From Euglena gracilis (Eukaryota), in NCBI GenBank assembly GCA_039621445.1, contig CP154954.1:25990954-26054953 (forward strand): a DNA stretch of 64,000 nt, in the 5' to 3' direction. Position numbers and translations under genes: made by a program. The number at the start of each line of letters is the position of its first letter. The stretch's first letter is position 1. The notes under the pieces are model-generated. The model searched no databases. It saw only the letters and a program-made list of their open reading frames with translations, and was not told the origin of the DNA. This document shows positions 33,100 to 46,200 of the stretch, piece by piece.

Positions 33100-34030
33100 A
33101 GAATTACTCTCTGTCACCATTGCATCTTTTTTTGCGGAATGATTCTGGTTATAAATACTGTATACCCCAAGACCTGGTTGATGATGTCCTTTTGAGCTAT
33201 CATAACCACGGTCACCCACGGCTCCCAAACTTATTTTACTGGTGAGTCACAGATACTGCACAATCCTGAGTGAAAAACACATAATGTCGCGCTGGTTGCG
33301 AATTTCGGAACGGTGCCAAAAGTGTCAGGCAGTCAAACCGCGCAGAGGTACCCACCAGGTACGATGGACTTTTTCCCTGTACCACCAGAGTTTTATGTCT
33401 CTCTGCATGTATTTTCTGTAACTTTTTTCATCTGTACCAGATTAAAAAATTTACGATTACGTTCTTGTTGTACACTGTCGACTGAGTGGGTACATAGTAG
33501 CCATTCGAATCACTCCGCTCTGCAATCCAATCACGTATCACAGAAATTAACTCCAACAAACGGAAAGCGTTTTACAAATCTTCAACACAACTGTGTACAG
33601 TCCAGGTGACCGCGTGTGATACCGGAATAGACGCACCCGCATGTAATCTTCCAAGCTAGATCATCTTTGGCTCGCCCCATGCGATATTTTAGAGAGGATA
33701 GGTAGTAGCGGGCGATATAAAGTTGCCTTGCCCAACCGGATTGAGGACGTCCATATGGACGACTTCAAACCGTACCTAAGCCCCCTAGATGGAAAAGCTA
33801 TTACCTGCCTATAGTTCAAACCCCCTTCCAGATTACATGAAACGGACGACTTTGTGGTCGATAAGATAATAGACCACAAGGTCGACAGGGTGTACACTAC
33901 TGAAAAACTTCACTGGAAAGGGTATGGTCCAGAGGAGGACACTTGGGAGCCGGCATCCAGTTTATTTAGATATATCCAACAGGATTGGAAGCTGTGGAAT
34001 AGGAGCAATATCATAGACATAAACATAAAC
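33100..34030 (+). pseudogene. pol: Integrase remnant and chromodomain of element A
   Basis: HNHGHP...CQKCQAVKP (HHCC zinc finger); GPY/F-like PCDILERIG..YKV..VHMDDFKPY; chromodomain VVDKIIDHK..WKGYGPEEDTWEPAS. Confidence 0.75.
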
Positions 34031-34223
34031 ACCTTTAAAACGATTTCGTTTTGTAGAATGCGTGTGCTTTTTGTGAACGTTTCACGTTTATACCCACCCT
34101 GCATTTCATCCTCCCTCTTTCTTGCACACTTTTTGATTCAGATAGAACGTTTTGTCAGTGCGACAGCACTCACCTGACTGTTCCAAAGTTTTACTTTGTT
34201 GCAGTCGTCTTTCGGTTGGCATA

Positions 34224-37200
34224 ATGCTACCTGGGTGCGGACCACGACAGGGTCCACCATGGCCGCAGCCATCTGGCGCGTCATACAACCAGTACCCGCA
34301 GTATGCTGAAGCCCCCATTCCAGGTGCCCAACATACTCACAGGGTTGCAGCCCCGCTATTGCCGCGGTTAGTAGCAGCAGTTCCGTACACGCGGTACAAG
34401 ATCCATCTGCCGTCCAGCAGCCAGCACCCCAACCACCAGGGCAGCACAGATCGCGCCTGCCTACGTATGTGGGAGAGATGATCTTTCGCACTATGGAGAC
34501 GTTGGAGCGGGTGATGCGTATGTGCGCACACCCCTCAACGGAGCCTTTCATGCAAGCCCTTTGGGATGCATACTGTGCTCAGTTGTTGGTGGTAGCCAAC
34601 ACACTTGTGGCTCAGTGGTGCCCCTGTGGTCAAGCCCTGATGACGGGGAGACAGGATTTCTCGTCGGCATCCGATTCCATATTCGAGCCTGGCGAAACCA
34701 TGATGGACCTGGGCATGTATGTATCGTCCATGCTGCAAACGCAGGCGCCGGTGGGACCCCACACCGTGCACATGCGTGAGCACACTCCCCAACCGATAGG
34801 TGAAGCTGTGCCCGTCCTGCCTGAGAAGAGGAGAATATCTGCTCGCCAGCCCACGCCGCCGCGAATGCTGCCGCGCGAGGCGCCAGCGGAGCAATAGGTC
34901 TCACAGTATGCGACGCCTGCGGATTACACGCACGGCGCGCACGTGCTCGCAGCCGGACAGTCCAAAGTGCCTCCCGAGGAATACGTCCAACGCATGTTTG
35001 CGCACTGGATGCCAAACCACCGCCGGTCGTCACTGCCCATGGCGATGAGCCACGGCGGCAGGTAGAGCCCATTGTGGTGGAGGATGATCCTCCCCAGCGT
35101 GTGGCAACCCGACCTCCCAGTGCAGCTCCTGCCCAGACCGAGGATGTACCACGTCGACAGTAAGGTCCCTGCTACGGCTGTCCGCGGCGCTGTCCCTAGC
35201 GGGGCGCTTGGGCTGTGAGGTGAGGTTCCCCGTCGCCCGATCGCGGTTCAGGGTGGCAGGTAATACTGCCGCTGTTGGCGGGAGCTCACGGGTAATCCAG
35301 GGGTCGCCATCCGCAGCTACCGTTTTTACGGGTGATATGAGGTGTATCCAGGGCCCTGAAAGGCTGCCAGAGAAGCATAATACCTCGTCCTGTACTCCTC
35401 GTGAATACAGGCTCTTGCAGGACGTGCCGAGCAAATTCATACTGCTCGGTTCCCGGAAGCGCCATGAGACCAGGATACCCCGACTGGTCCACAGTGGGCA
35501 GGGCACAGGTGGCGATGAGCCGTCCTGTTGGAATAATGGCACCGCCAGTCCCTCCGGCATGGAAGTAGCCGCGACCTCCTGCGCCGAGGCCAAAGCCCAC
35601 GCCTGGCTCCCAGACAGCGCCCTGCCACGCCACCACCACGACATGCAGCTGAACGGCAAGGTCCCTCCCCAGAGATGGAACGGGAAGGACCGAACCGACT
35701 CCTGCTGCACCAAGCACCCGACCCTCTGGTATTCGCCAGACAGGAAAGGATACGGGCAGGGCTGAGGGCAAAGGCAAAGAACAAGGCAAATGCGTGGCCG
35801 GCAAAGGTAGGGCTGAGGGTAAAGGTTGTGGTAAGTGTAAGGGGAAAGGGAGGGAGGAGCAGGAGGAAGAAACAGCGTAGGTCCTGTCGGACCTCGAGCA
35901 AATGCTCAAGTTCAAGGAGGAGCTGGAGGATGAGGGCCGGCGGATGCAACACAAATATCATATCGCAAGGAACCGCCCAGGCACCACTCCAGGTGCAGTC
36001 ATCGAGGTGGTATTAAACCACACTGAGGACAGAGTCCGACAATTTCATTACGGAATTTATCTGTACGCCTTCGAAGGTGAAGGTGTCAGAGCCTTGCTGC
36101 ATGTCCAGCCAGGTTTCTGGGAGCTCTGGTTTTGTCTGGGATGCCCCAGAACTGGGGTATCTTCACCGATTCGGATGTTCGCAGTTACCTGCACCATTTC
36201 GGATTCCGAAACCAGCGTGTGTTGGCTCGGAGGCTGAAGGTCTATTTCGACTGTATCTATTCAGTCGGACCCCTCGGAGTACAGTGGGAATACTACCCAG
36301 TGCACCCCGACATCGAACGCCTGCTTGAGGGGTTGTGGTGCAAGAACCTCCAGGTGTGGCTGGTGAGCCATAATGGATCGACCTTCCGCGTTCAGCGTGT
36401 ATCCCTGGCTTGCCCACAGAGGTATGACCTCTTGTGTAAGTTTTGTGGGAAGGAATTTACTGTTGATTTTTGGGGTCCGGCAGCCGCGGGAGTTCTCCAC
36501 TGCCTCAGGAAGGCCCGGACCTCGAGATGGGACGTCGCCTGCTCTGCATGTGTGTTGCGACGCCCCGTGTTACCAGGGCAAAAGTTCCGCGTTAACAAGC
36601 GTATTCTTATGCTGCAGCAGTTCTGGCGGTGGGCTTGGACCACACATGTCATGGAGGTGTATATGCATCTCCGTGACCCACAGGACGATAGGCCTGGAGT
36701 GGAAAGCTTACCTTCATACTACAGCGACCCTATTGGGGGTTGTCGTCGTCGGCTTGCCGATCTGCGCCCAAACTGGCACCGGGCTGATATTACCCTGGAA
36801 GAACATTTGCGGCTACAGTTTGGCAGCAGGGAGTTTTTATCCCGTTGATGATGTACCCGAAAGCAATCCTTGACCAGCGCATGCCTATTCTGGCAAGCGT
36901 CCAGGAGTTCGGGGAAGGGTTCTTCGAGGCCCGGGAAGCAACGCGCCTCCGAGATCTCCTTGGCCCGAACGTTCCGGCCATCGCATGGGTGCGACCATCA
37001 TGGCAGCCGCCCTTTCCTAAAAGACCAGCACCTATACGCTGGCCTTTTACAGGCTGGCGGACACTCAGGGAACTCGACGGCACCGCGACGTTCCTCGATC
37101 GCCCGAGGAACTGCGCGCCTACATCGCCCCGGAGGATGAACCTGTGGCGCGGAGGAGACGTGAACCTTCAGTTGCTTCCACCACCGCGATTCCGCGACGG

Positions 37201-39050
37201 GAGGAACGCGGCGGGAGGAACGCCCATTTTGGAGGCAGCGCCGCCGTCTCCGACAGAAACGGCTGTATCCTTGGTCTCTGCCCTGCGAGCGACAGTGGGA
37301 CCGTCATTCTCCGCGGCCACGTCGGCGGCTGCATCCGTGTGTCCACCGGAACGTGGAGACACGGAAAGCACTCAGGAGGAAGGCGATAACGTGGAGGATA
37401 TCCTCCACGCTGCTCTACCTGCTCCGGCATAATCTCGGCCAGACGAAGCACCCGCAGGGGATATATCTGTGGCTGAAATGCCTGTCCCAACGGCTGATCC
37501 CCAAGCCGATGTGGCTGGTATGGTCGTCGAGGATACCCTCGAGGAACCTGCCAGTCCCCCAGCACGCACCTCATTCCGGGGCCAGGTGCTGGGAACCGTG
37601 GTCTCCGGCACTTCTGCCGTGGAAGCTGCACTGATGCCACGAGTTGGAGGCGTAGCATCAAGCTCCGCCATTGAGGCCGTGGACGCACCAGATGTCGGCG
37701 TCCCCACACCCCTACGTCCGGCAGCACTGCAACCACCATCAGGGATGAACCCCAGACGACAGAGACATTTGCGGCCCGGCTACGACGGAGGATCAACCTC
37801 CCGTAGCACCTGCGCCGGCAGTTGACGTTCAACCTCTTGGCTCAGACGTCGAGATGGAAATGGTGGAGATACCCCCACGTCCACCGACACCGCACTGGAT
37901 CCCCGCAACACCGAGGACGATGGCTGAGTTTATGGGAGTGCCAGCGCCTGTGGAAGTACGGATTCCGGTGACGGCCACAGTCCCACGCTCCGTCAGGCAA
38001 GAAGAAGCTGCACAGCGACGGCCCGCTGAGCAGCCCCAGGAACATTTTCCGACTCCTCGCAGCGTCATGCGCAATCCAGCGGTCATTATGCCCGCTTCGC
38101 CCAGACGGCAACCGTCTGCTCTGGCTTCATCTGCTCCTGATACCGGGAGTTAGCCGCGGGCGTCGACTCCTGAATCTGGGAGTGCGAAGCCGAAGGGAGG
38201 CAAACCGGGTGCTGCACCCTGTAAGCCCCCTGCCAAGGGCGGTGAGAGGAACCACCACCGAAAGGTGGCGCTGGATGGCAGACCAGCGGACAGCCGAAAG
38301 GCCCTGCGACAAGGCACGACTCTTCGGCGCTTGCATTCGTCGTCCGGCTACGGCCAGAGCAAACCGAAAGGTAACGCTCGTGGCCGGAAGGCCCAATATT
38401 CCGCCGCAATGGCGACGGACGAGGAGCAGGATGAACCTGCTTCTCCTCCTGTGACTGCGGATGCCCATCTCCGGACTCAGGATATACTGACGAGCCTAGG
38501 CACCGTGGAAGAAAGGACAAAGAAGCTGGCTGCTTTTATGCACTAGAAAGTGTCACTGAATCGATGGATTCAACCCCTCTTCGTCGAAGGAGAGCCCTTC
38601 CACTATATCCCGGAAGATACCTGGACAGTTTGGAAAAGGCGCTCACCCCGAGTACTGGCACAGTACTTTGGCGAGGACTGCGTGTTGGACTTCCAGCGCG
38701 GTAGGTCCTTTACCTGGGCGTGCACTGTGTGCCACCATGTGTGTCACAACCAACCGCTTGTGCATGTGTGCAAGCAGCAGGTGCAATCAGCGTCGTTCCA
38801 TCACAGGGCATATGTGCTGAACTGTGTGGCGCTCGTACGTGGCGAGTGCCTGAACGGCTGGAATCACAGCTTGAACTACTCCTACAGCAGGAATGCTGAC
38901 GACAGGGATATCCCTGCCCTGTTCATCAACTGTATGGGTGCCAAGTTTGTGCAGACTGCAGATGATGCGGACACAACCATCCTTCCCCAACCCTTGGAGA
39001 CGTTGGAGAAGTGGAAGAAGGAGTACAAACTGGTGGAAGGCCGTTTGTAG
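34224..39050 (+). pseudogene. Large accessory ORF3 of element A (unknown function; Cys/His clusters and Pro/Ala-rich linkers)
   Basis: Chain of coding-like + strand ORFs (34152, 34469, 35902, 36132, 36845, 37469, 37854, 38550) between the chromodomain and the 3' LTR; homologous to 16450-21000. Confidence 0.65.
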
Positions 39051-39474
39051 GTCAGGTTTGACTGGCCATGCGCCATGCCCAGGTTTGACTGGTCAGAGTC
39101 CCTCTCCTTCCACACCCTCCCCATGGGTTTTCCTGGAATGCCCATGGACCCAACCCCAAGTGCCTTTGGCACACCCAAACTGGGTGGACGGGTTCGCTTG
39201 CCAAGGAAACCTGCCAGCCCCATTTTCCCCAGTGGGCTATAAATCACTATACCCATAAGCCCGCAGAACATGTGAAACCATTTTGCACGTTTTCGGATTT
39301 TTGGGTTCTCCTCTTTCCACCCCCCCCCCATATGAGTGGACCCCTGTGCGATGAAAGGTGACCCTGAGAATGCGTCAGGGTACACCTCCCACAGAACAAG
39401 TTTGTGTCCGGCATCCTTCTGACCAGAATGCCTGGCCCAGAAGGGAAACCAGGCATAGCCCTGGGAGGGGGATG

Positions 39475-39777
39475 TGTACGAGAAAAATGCTCCCTGCCCT
39501 TCCGATGAGGAAGTAGGCATGAGAGAAGATCCTATTAGGATCTTCTCAGTCCCTCTTTCTCTCTCCACAGGTAGTATTATTTTATATTATATTTTTTCAT
39601 TCTTCCTCGGACTTATTACAGTCCGTTATCCTTTCCTCCTCTTCTCTGTGTGCTTTGGTTCTCGGGGAATTTTGGAAAGGGGTCTTTTTGTTACTCTGAT
39701 TTTCAGTTTCCTAAGTAGCTGCGACAAGTAGAAAGCGAAGCCTTTTGGGGAATTGGGAAATGGGAATCAGACGTACA
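39475..39777 (+). repeat. 3' LTR of element A, preceded by a polypurine tract
   Basis: GGGAGGGGGA at 39463-39472, then TGTACG...GACGTACA. Confidence 0.85.
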
Positions 39778-41949
39778 CTGAGGCTCGTACTTCAGATCTA
39801 GTTGGTGGTCGTACGTGGTTCTTGACTGCCCGTTCTGCGGCCACGGGTGTGTCATTTACTTTATCTGACAGCCCAGCAAATTTGCATCATCGCTGGGTTG
39901 TGGGTTCAACGATCGTTTACTAAAAACCCCTCAGTTGTGTTGTCAGGCAATTGGTGGTGTCATGAGGTGATGTGGTGGTGTTCTGCGGCAGTAACTGGAA
40001 CTTTTTCCTCTTTTCTCTGGTTTTGTCTTCTTCTGGTCGCGTTGAAAAGGGTTCTCAAAGGTGTTCAACGTAGGATAACTGTCTCTCCGCTGTAGCTGTG
40101 AATGCTGTGCAAATTGTGCACAAATTTTCTGAGAAGTATGGCTGACAGAGCGGACAGCAAAAGACTCCAGAATCTCTGAACGCAGGTTTACATTAGGGAT
40201 GGCCGGAAAAGATAATCCTGCCAGCTAAATTTGACTTTGTATTTTTTCACAGCGGTAAGACAAACAGTGACTCACTTTGCAGCAGTGTTATGTTGCAATG
40301 TCTTAGATTGCTGTGTTGGGAATTGTGGAAGATAATTAGAAAATAAGATTGAAGTGAAATTTTGGCAGACTGCCTCTTGACGTTGATGAGAAGTTAATTT
40401 GAGAGTAGTCTCAGGTGGTAGGGAAAGCCAAAGTGTGTTCGCAGCAAGTACTCCCCCTTTACCCTGGTGCACGTTAACCCCTCAAGGGAAACGGTACGGC
40501 GCATCCGTAAAGATCGACGGTGCAAGGCAACAGTCACCCGCGGACGCGGCCGCCGCAACCCGCCCCACAGGGTGCAGCACTGCCGGAATGCGTTCACTTG
40601 CCGCCACGGGGTAACGATAGCCTCGCCCAACTCTTGCCAGCTACTAGAGGCCCGCGGTATTGACCATGTGTGGTCGTGGGTTTTGCAAATGGATCCAGTG
40701 GTCCAAAAATCTAAAGGTGGTTGTATTGGGACAAGTTGTGTCACAAGTTGTTGTGTTGCAATTCAAAACGTTTGTCGTAAACATTCGCTGACTGAGTGCT
40801 TTTGAGCAGAAGTTTCATTTACGCGTGGGGTGGGTGACGAGGTGTTTGTGCTTCGTCTTCGGTATCCCTTTTTTCATTGCCGGTATTCATCAATTGAGCA
40901 CGAGACACCTTGGGCTCGGCACTTTTCCCTTGTTTGGCACGATTACGCAGTGAGATTGAGGGGGCAGGGCATTTCTGTAACGCTTTGGGCACCAGGTCAT
41001 CGATAATGGGCTGTAAAAGCTGCCGCCCGCCCAGAAATGCCCCAAAAAAGAAGACGCCCCGTGCAGAAAGGGAACCCCCAGTCAAGCAACCCAAACCCCC
41101 CAACCACAAAAGCCACAAAAGGACACAGACAGCCCCGCAAGCGCGGGAGCCCCCCACCAGGTGACCATGTGAAGGGGGGGGGGGACGTGGCAACGGCGCC
41201 AAGGTGTTTGGAGAAAGCCTCATCTTCGCCAACTCCAGTAACACCCTCGCGCGCACCAACCACTGTGAGCTTCCCCCGGCTCCGCCTCCTGGCGGGTCCC
41301 CGCCGACCACCGTGTCGCTTTTCTTTTGATGCGCCTTGTCTTTTTTTTTGATATCAGCAGTTTGTTTTTTTTTACCCTTCGACGAAATAAGAAATTTTGG
41401 ATCAAAACCTTTTTTAGGACGAAAAAAAATTAAAAAATGCTTTAAATCTGTTGATGAACACTGTAGAAACAGATGAATTAGAGCATTTAAATGCCACCTC
41501 AGCCTGCGTCAGAAGTTTGTTGCAGGACCTGCAAGAAACCAGGAGACATTTACTGGCATGAAACAGCCAATCCTCCAGACTGGACCCCATACCTGTCTTA
41601 ACAACCACCAGGTTGCTAACACAGGAGTAAAAACAACGGTTGAAACAAAGAACACAACAATCCCAGCACAGGGGAAGGTGTAGAATCAACGACAGATCAC
41701 AGCAGAACAGACCCAGAAGCAGATCCAACAATCGTGATGGAAAAGGAAAGGGAAAGCGGAAGGGGGGGAAGGCAACGGGAACCAGGAATGATGGCGCCCT
41801 GTTGCAGATGAACCCACCCCTGCACCTGGGCCCTCCAGAAAAATTTCTGAACAGTGGGTCGCCGTTATAAAAAAGAAACGCAATCACATTCCTGCTTGAA
41901 CAAAACAACACATGCGCCCCACAATGCACAAGGATGGGTCCACGTGAAA

Positions 41950-42622
41950 AATTTACGGTTGGCAAAAAGGTCCTCCTTTGGCTGGCACCTGAAATGTTTC
42001 AGCACCTGCTGAAAAATCTGGTGGTCCAGAGCGTAATCCTTTGGATCTGGGTGTCTGGACAGCCAATCTGCCCGTTTGTTTGTCTGTCCTGCAATGTGGT
42101 TGACATTTGTGAAGATCTTGCTGCAGTGCAATGCCTGTAGCTGCGCATTTATTGGCTGGTTCAGGCTGTGCAACTTTTACCCTTTTTAAAACCCCGCCTT
42201 GTGCTTGAGCCATCTGTCTGTATGGTCAGTTCGCAGTCGTTTGGCAGGTGTGGAGCCAAAAATTGAACCCCTTTGGCGCTTGCCAGAGCTTGCAGGGTGG
42301 TGATGTGCAGTTTTTATTTTGATTGTCCACATTTGTGTACTGGTCTGAAGTTCTGTGCCTTCTTGGGTCAAAACACGCCGACCATCTGTTGTTGCTGGCA
42401 TCTGTTGTGACGGGGAATCGCAGCCGTGTGTTGCGTCTGAATTATCTGGGTACTGGATGCTGTATCGCCTGGATGACCTGCTCCAGCAGGTCCTTCACTG
42501 CTGGTTTTTTTACCTGACCAGATTCCAACGTTTGTGCTTGCCCCAAAAACCCAGTTTGTGAAAATTGGCTGTGACCCCCTTGGCAGCTAATTTCATCAGC
42601 TGAGCTGGCAGGCACTGCAAAG
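41950..42622 (-). pseudogene. DIRS-type retrotransposon pol fragment: RNase H and start of the adenine MTase domain
   Basis: TTDASNNRWSA; HIAGQTNKRADWLSR followed directly by DPKDYALDHQIFQQVLKHFRCQPKEDLFAN, the DIRS RH-MT junction pattern. Confidence 0.7.
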
Positions 42623-42830
42623 TGGACGTCTGATAATATTCTTTTGTTTTTCTTGAAATCCTTGCACTCCCAATTTTCTTGAAATCCCAATTGACCAAAA
42701 GAAGTAAACACAAATCAATGTGAACACATAGAACCGAAGCCAGCAGTCTGCGGGGGAAAAGTTCGAATTAGGAATACAAAAGTCAGTTCGGCAGTTGGTA
42801 AGGTAAGTAGGTCAGCAAATAGTTCGCACA
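42623..42830 (-). repeat. 3' LTR of element B
   Basis: Direct repeat of 57743-57950; GGGGGG immediately upstream on the minus strand. Confidence 0.85.
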
Positions 42831-43221
42831 CGCCCCCCATGCCCGAGGACGCGGTGCCACAGGCACAGGACGAAACGGCATCACACCACAAAACAACATG
42901 GCTTACTGTTTTCAAGCGCTGATGAATGGTGTTCAACACGAATTGTCCACAAAAAGGTTCAAAACGACAAATGTCAACACAAAGGAAGGTAAAAGACGTT
43001 ACTTCCGACAATCACCGTGGTCCCTTCGCTTCGTGGTTGGCTTGCCATTCAAAGGTAACACAAACCTGGGCGAAACTCCTCGCATCAATGGCAGGTTTGT
43101 GACTGAAAGCCTTCAAAGGTTAGACAACAATTCACCCATGGCGAGGCCGGTTGGTGTCTCCTGACCCATAAAAAAACATCCAAAAGGCCCCCTGGTGGAC
43201 TTTCCTCCCGCGTGACTGAAA

Positions 43222-46200
43222 GGGGGGGTAGATCTGGCCTGGGGGGGGGGGGGGGTAGTGGGCCGACCCTAGGGTCGGCCCAATACGACCCTGGGGTCGC
43301 TAAAGTCGCTAAAGTCGCTAAGGTCGCTAGGGTCGCAGTGGGCCGACCCTAGGGTCGCCCATCCTAGGGTCGTGGGCCGACCCTAGTGTCGACCCTAGCG
43401 TCGGCCCACCCCACGACCTCGCCCCCCCCCCATTCAAAAAAAATTCAAATTTTTTTGATGTTTTAGGCCTTCAAACACAAAGAAAACAAACTAAGAAAAA
43501 TTAATATTGATTACTGATGCTAAAATACACCCCAAAATCACTACGTGACACAAGGGATTAGGTGATTTTGGGGCATTTGAACAGTTGCGCAAAACGAGGG
43601 ATTTGCCCCCCAAAATGACTTGAAAACACAACGGACTTGCCCACCAAAACGACTTGGAGACACAAGGTATTTTATTATTTTCGGGCCCCCGATCAGATGA
43701 ACAACACAAAGAATTTGCCCCCCAAAACAACTTGGAAACACAAGGGATTTGCCCCCCAAAACGACTTGGAGACACAAGGGATTTTTTTATTTTGCGGCCC
43801 TCGATCGGTTGTACAACACAAGGGATTTGCCCCCCAAAACGATTTGTAACCACAACGGACTTGCCCCCAAAAACGACTTGGAGACACAAGGGATTTTGTT
43901 ATTTTGGGCCCCTCGATCAAACGAACAAAACAACGGATTTACCCCCCAAAACGATTTGGAACCACAAGGGATTTGCCCCCCAAAACGACTTCGAGTCACA
44001 AGGTATTTTGTTATTTTGGGGCCCTCGATCGGTTGAACAACACAAGGGATTTCCCCCCCCCAAAGCGATTTGAAAACACAACGGACTTGCCCCCAAAACG
44101 ACTTGGGGACACAAGGGATTTTTTTTTGGGGCCCTCGATCAATTGAACAACACAACGGATTTACCCCCCAAAATTATTTTGAACCACAAGGGACTTGCCC
44201 CCCAAAACGACTTGGAAACGCAAGGGATTTCTTTATTTTGGGGCCCTCGATCAGTTGGACAACACAACGGGATTTACCCCCTAAAACAACCTGGCCACAC
44301 AAGGGATTTGCCCCCCAAAACGACTTGGAGACACAAGGTATTTTTTACTTTGGGGCCATCGATCGGTTGAACAACACAAGGGATTTGCCCCCCAAAACGA
44401 CTTGGAAACACAAGGGATATTATTAATTTCAAGCCCTCGATCAGTTGGACAACACACGGGATTTGCCCCCCAAAACGACTTGTAAACCCAAGTGATTTGC
44501 CCCCCAAAACGACTTGGTGACACAAGGGATTTTGTTACTTTCGGGCCCTCGATCAATTGAACAACACAACGGATTTACCCCCCAAAACGACTTGGAACCA
44601 CAAGGGATTTGCCCCCCAAAACGACTTCGAGTCACAAGGGAGTGTATTCTTTTGAAGCCCTCGATCGGTTGAACAACACAAGGGATTTGCCCCCCAAAAC
44701 AACTTGGAAACACAAGGGACTTGCTGCCCAAAACGACTTGGAGACACAAATGATTTTATTATTTTGGGGGCCTCGATCGGTTGAACAACACAAGGGATTT
44801 CCCCCCCCAAAACGACTTGAAAACACAACGGACTTGCCCCCCAAAACGACTTGGGGACACAAGGGATTTAGTTTTTTTGGGGGGCCCTCGATCAGTTGAA
44901 CAACACAACGGGATTTACCCCCAAAGCGATTTGGAACCACAAGGGGTTTGCCCCCCAAAACGACTTGGAGTCACAAGGGATTTTATTATTTTGGAGCCCT
45001 CGATCGGTTGAACAACACAACGGATTTGCCCCCCAAAACAACTTGGAAACACAAGGGACTTGCCGCCCAAAACGACTTGGAGACACAAGCTATTTTATTA
45101 TTTTGAGGCCCTCGATCGGTTGAACAACACAAGGGATTTGGCCCCCAAAACGACTTGGAAACACAAGGGATTTTGATATTTACGGGCCCTCGATCAGTTG
45201 GACAACACAAGGGATTTGCCCCACAAAAACACCTTGGAAACACAAGGGATTTGCCCCCCCAAACGATTTGGAGACACAAAGGATTTTGTTATTTTGGGGC
45301 CCTCGATCAGATGAACAACACAACGGATTTACCCCCCAAAACGATTTAGAACCACAAGTGATTTGCCTCCCAAAACGACTTGGAGTCACAAGGGATTTTA
45401 TTATTTTGGGGCCCTCGATCGGTTGAACAACACAAGGGATTTCCCCACCAAAACGATTTGAACACACAACGGATTTGCCCCCTAAAACGCCTTGGGGACA
45501 CAAGGGATTTTGTTTTTTATTGGGCCCTCGATCAATTGAACAACACAACGGATTTATCCCCAAAACGATTTGGAACCACAAGGGCTTTGCCCCCCAAAAG
45601 CACTTGGAGTCACAAGGGATTTTATTATTTTGGAGCCCGCGATCGGTTGAACAACACAAGGTATTTGCCCCCAAAAAAAACGTGGAAACGCAAGGGATTT
45701 GCCCCCCAAAACGACTTGAAGACACAAGTGATTTTATTATTTTGGTGCCCTCGATCGATTGAACAAAACAAGGGATTTGCCTCTCAAAACGACTTTGACA
45801 CACAAGGGATTTTATTATTTTGGTGCCCTCGATAAGTTGGACAACACAAGGGATTTGCCCCCCAAAACGACTTGGAGACACAGGATTTGCCCCCCAAAAC
45901 GACTTGGAGGCACAAGGGATTTTGTTTTTTTGGGCCTCGATCAATTCAAAAACACAACGGATTTACCCCCCAAAACGATTTGGAACCACAAGGGATTTGC
46001 CCCCCAAAACGACGTGCAGTCACAAGGGATTTTATTATTTTGGGGCCCTCGATCGATTCAACAACACAAGGGATTTCACCCCCAAAACGATTTGAAAACA
46101 CAAAGAACTTGCCCCCCAAAACGACTTGGGGACACAAAGGATTTTATTATTTTGGTGCCCTCGGTCGGTTGAACAAAACAACGGATTTGCCCCCCAAAAC

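Larger units (their letters stand above)
23694..39777 (+). mobile_element. Ty3/Gypsy chromodomain LTR retrotransposon A (decayed, internally rearranged)
   Basis: Paired ~304-bp LTRs (TG...CA), PBS, PPT, gag, AP, Dam-like MTase, RT, RNase H, integrase remnants and chromodomain. LTRs clearly diverged; no TSD seen. Confidence 0.85.

Noticed and set aside
34224-39050. env gene call for ORF3
   Set aside because: No signal peptide, furin site plus fusion peptide, or clear transmembrane helix was seen.
23689-39782. Target-site duplication for element A (and for B and C)
   Set aside because: The flanks do not match (A: GGTTA versus CTGAG; B: CAAAG versus GAGCA), so no TSD is claimed. The elements are old or recombinant.
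40824-41951. Insertion flanked by TTTACG direct repeats inside the DIRS MTase
   Set aside because: There are no convincing termini or coding motif, and the 6-bp match could be chance.
43260-43410. Telomeric repeats (CCCTAG/CTAGGG resemble CCCTAA/TTAGGG)
   Set aside because: They are not tandem hexamers; they are the centres of palindromes within the TIR.
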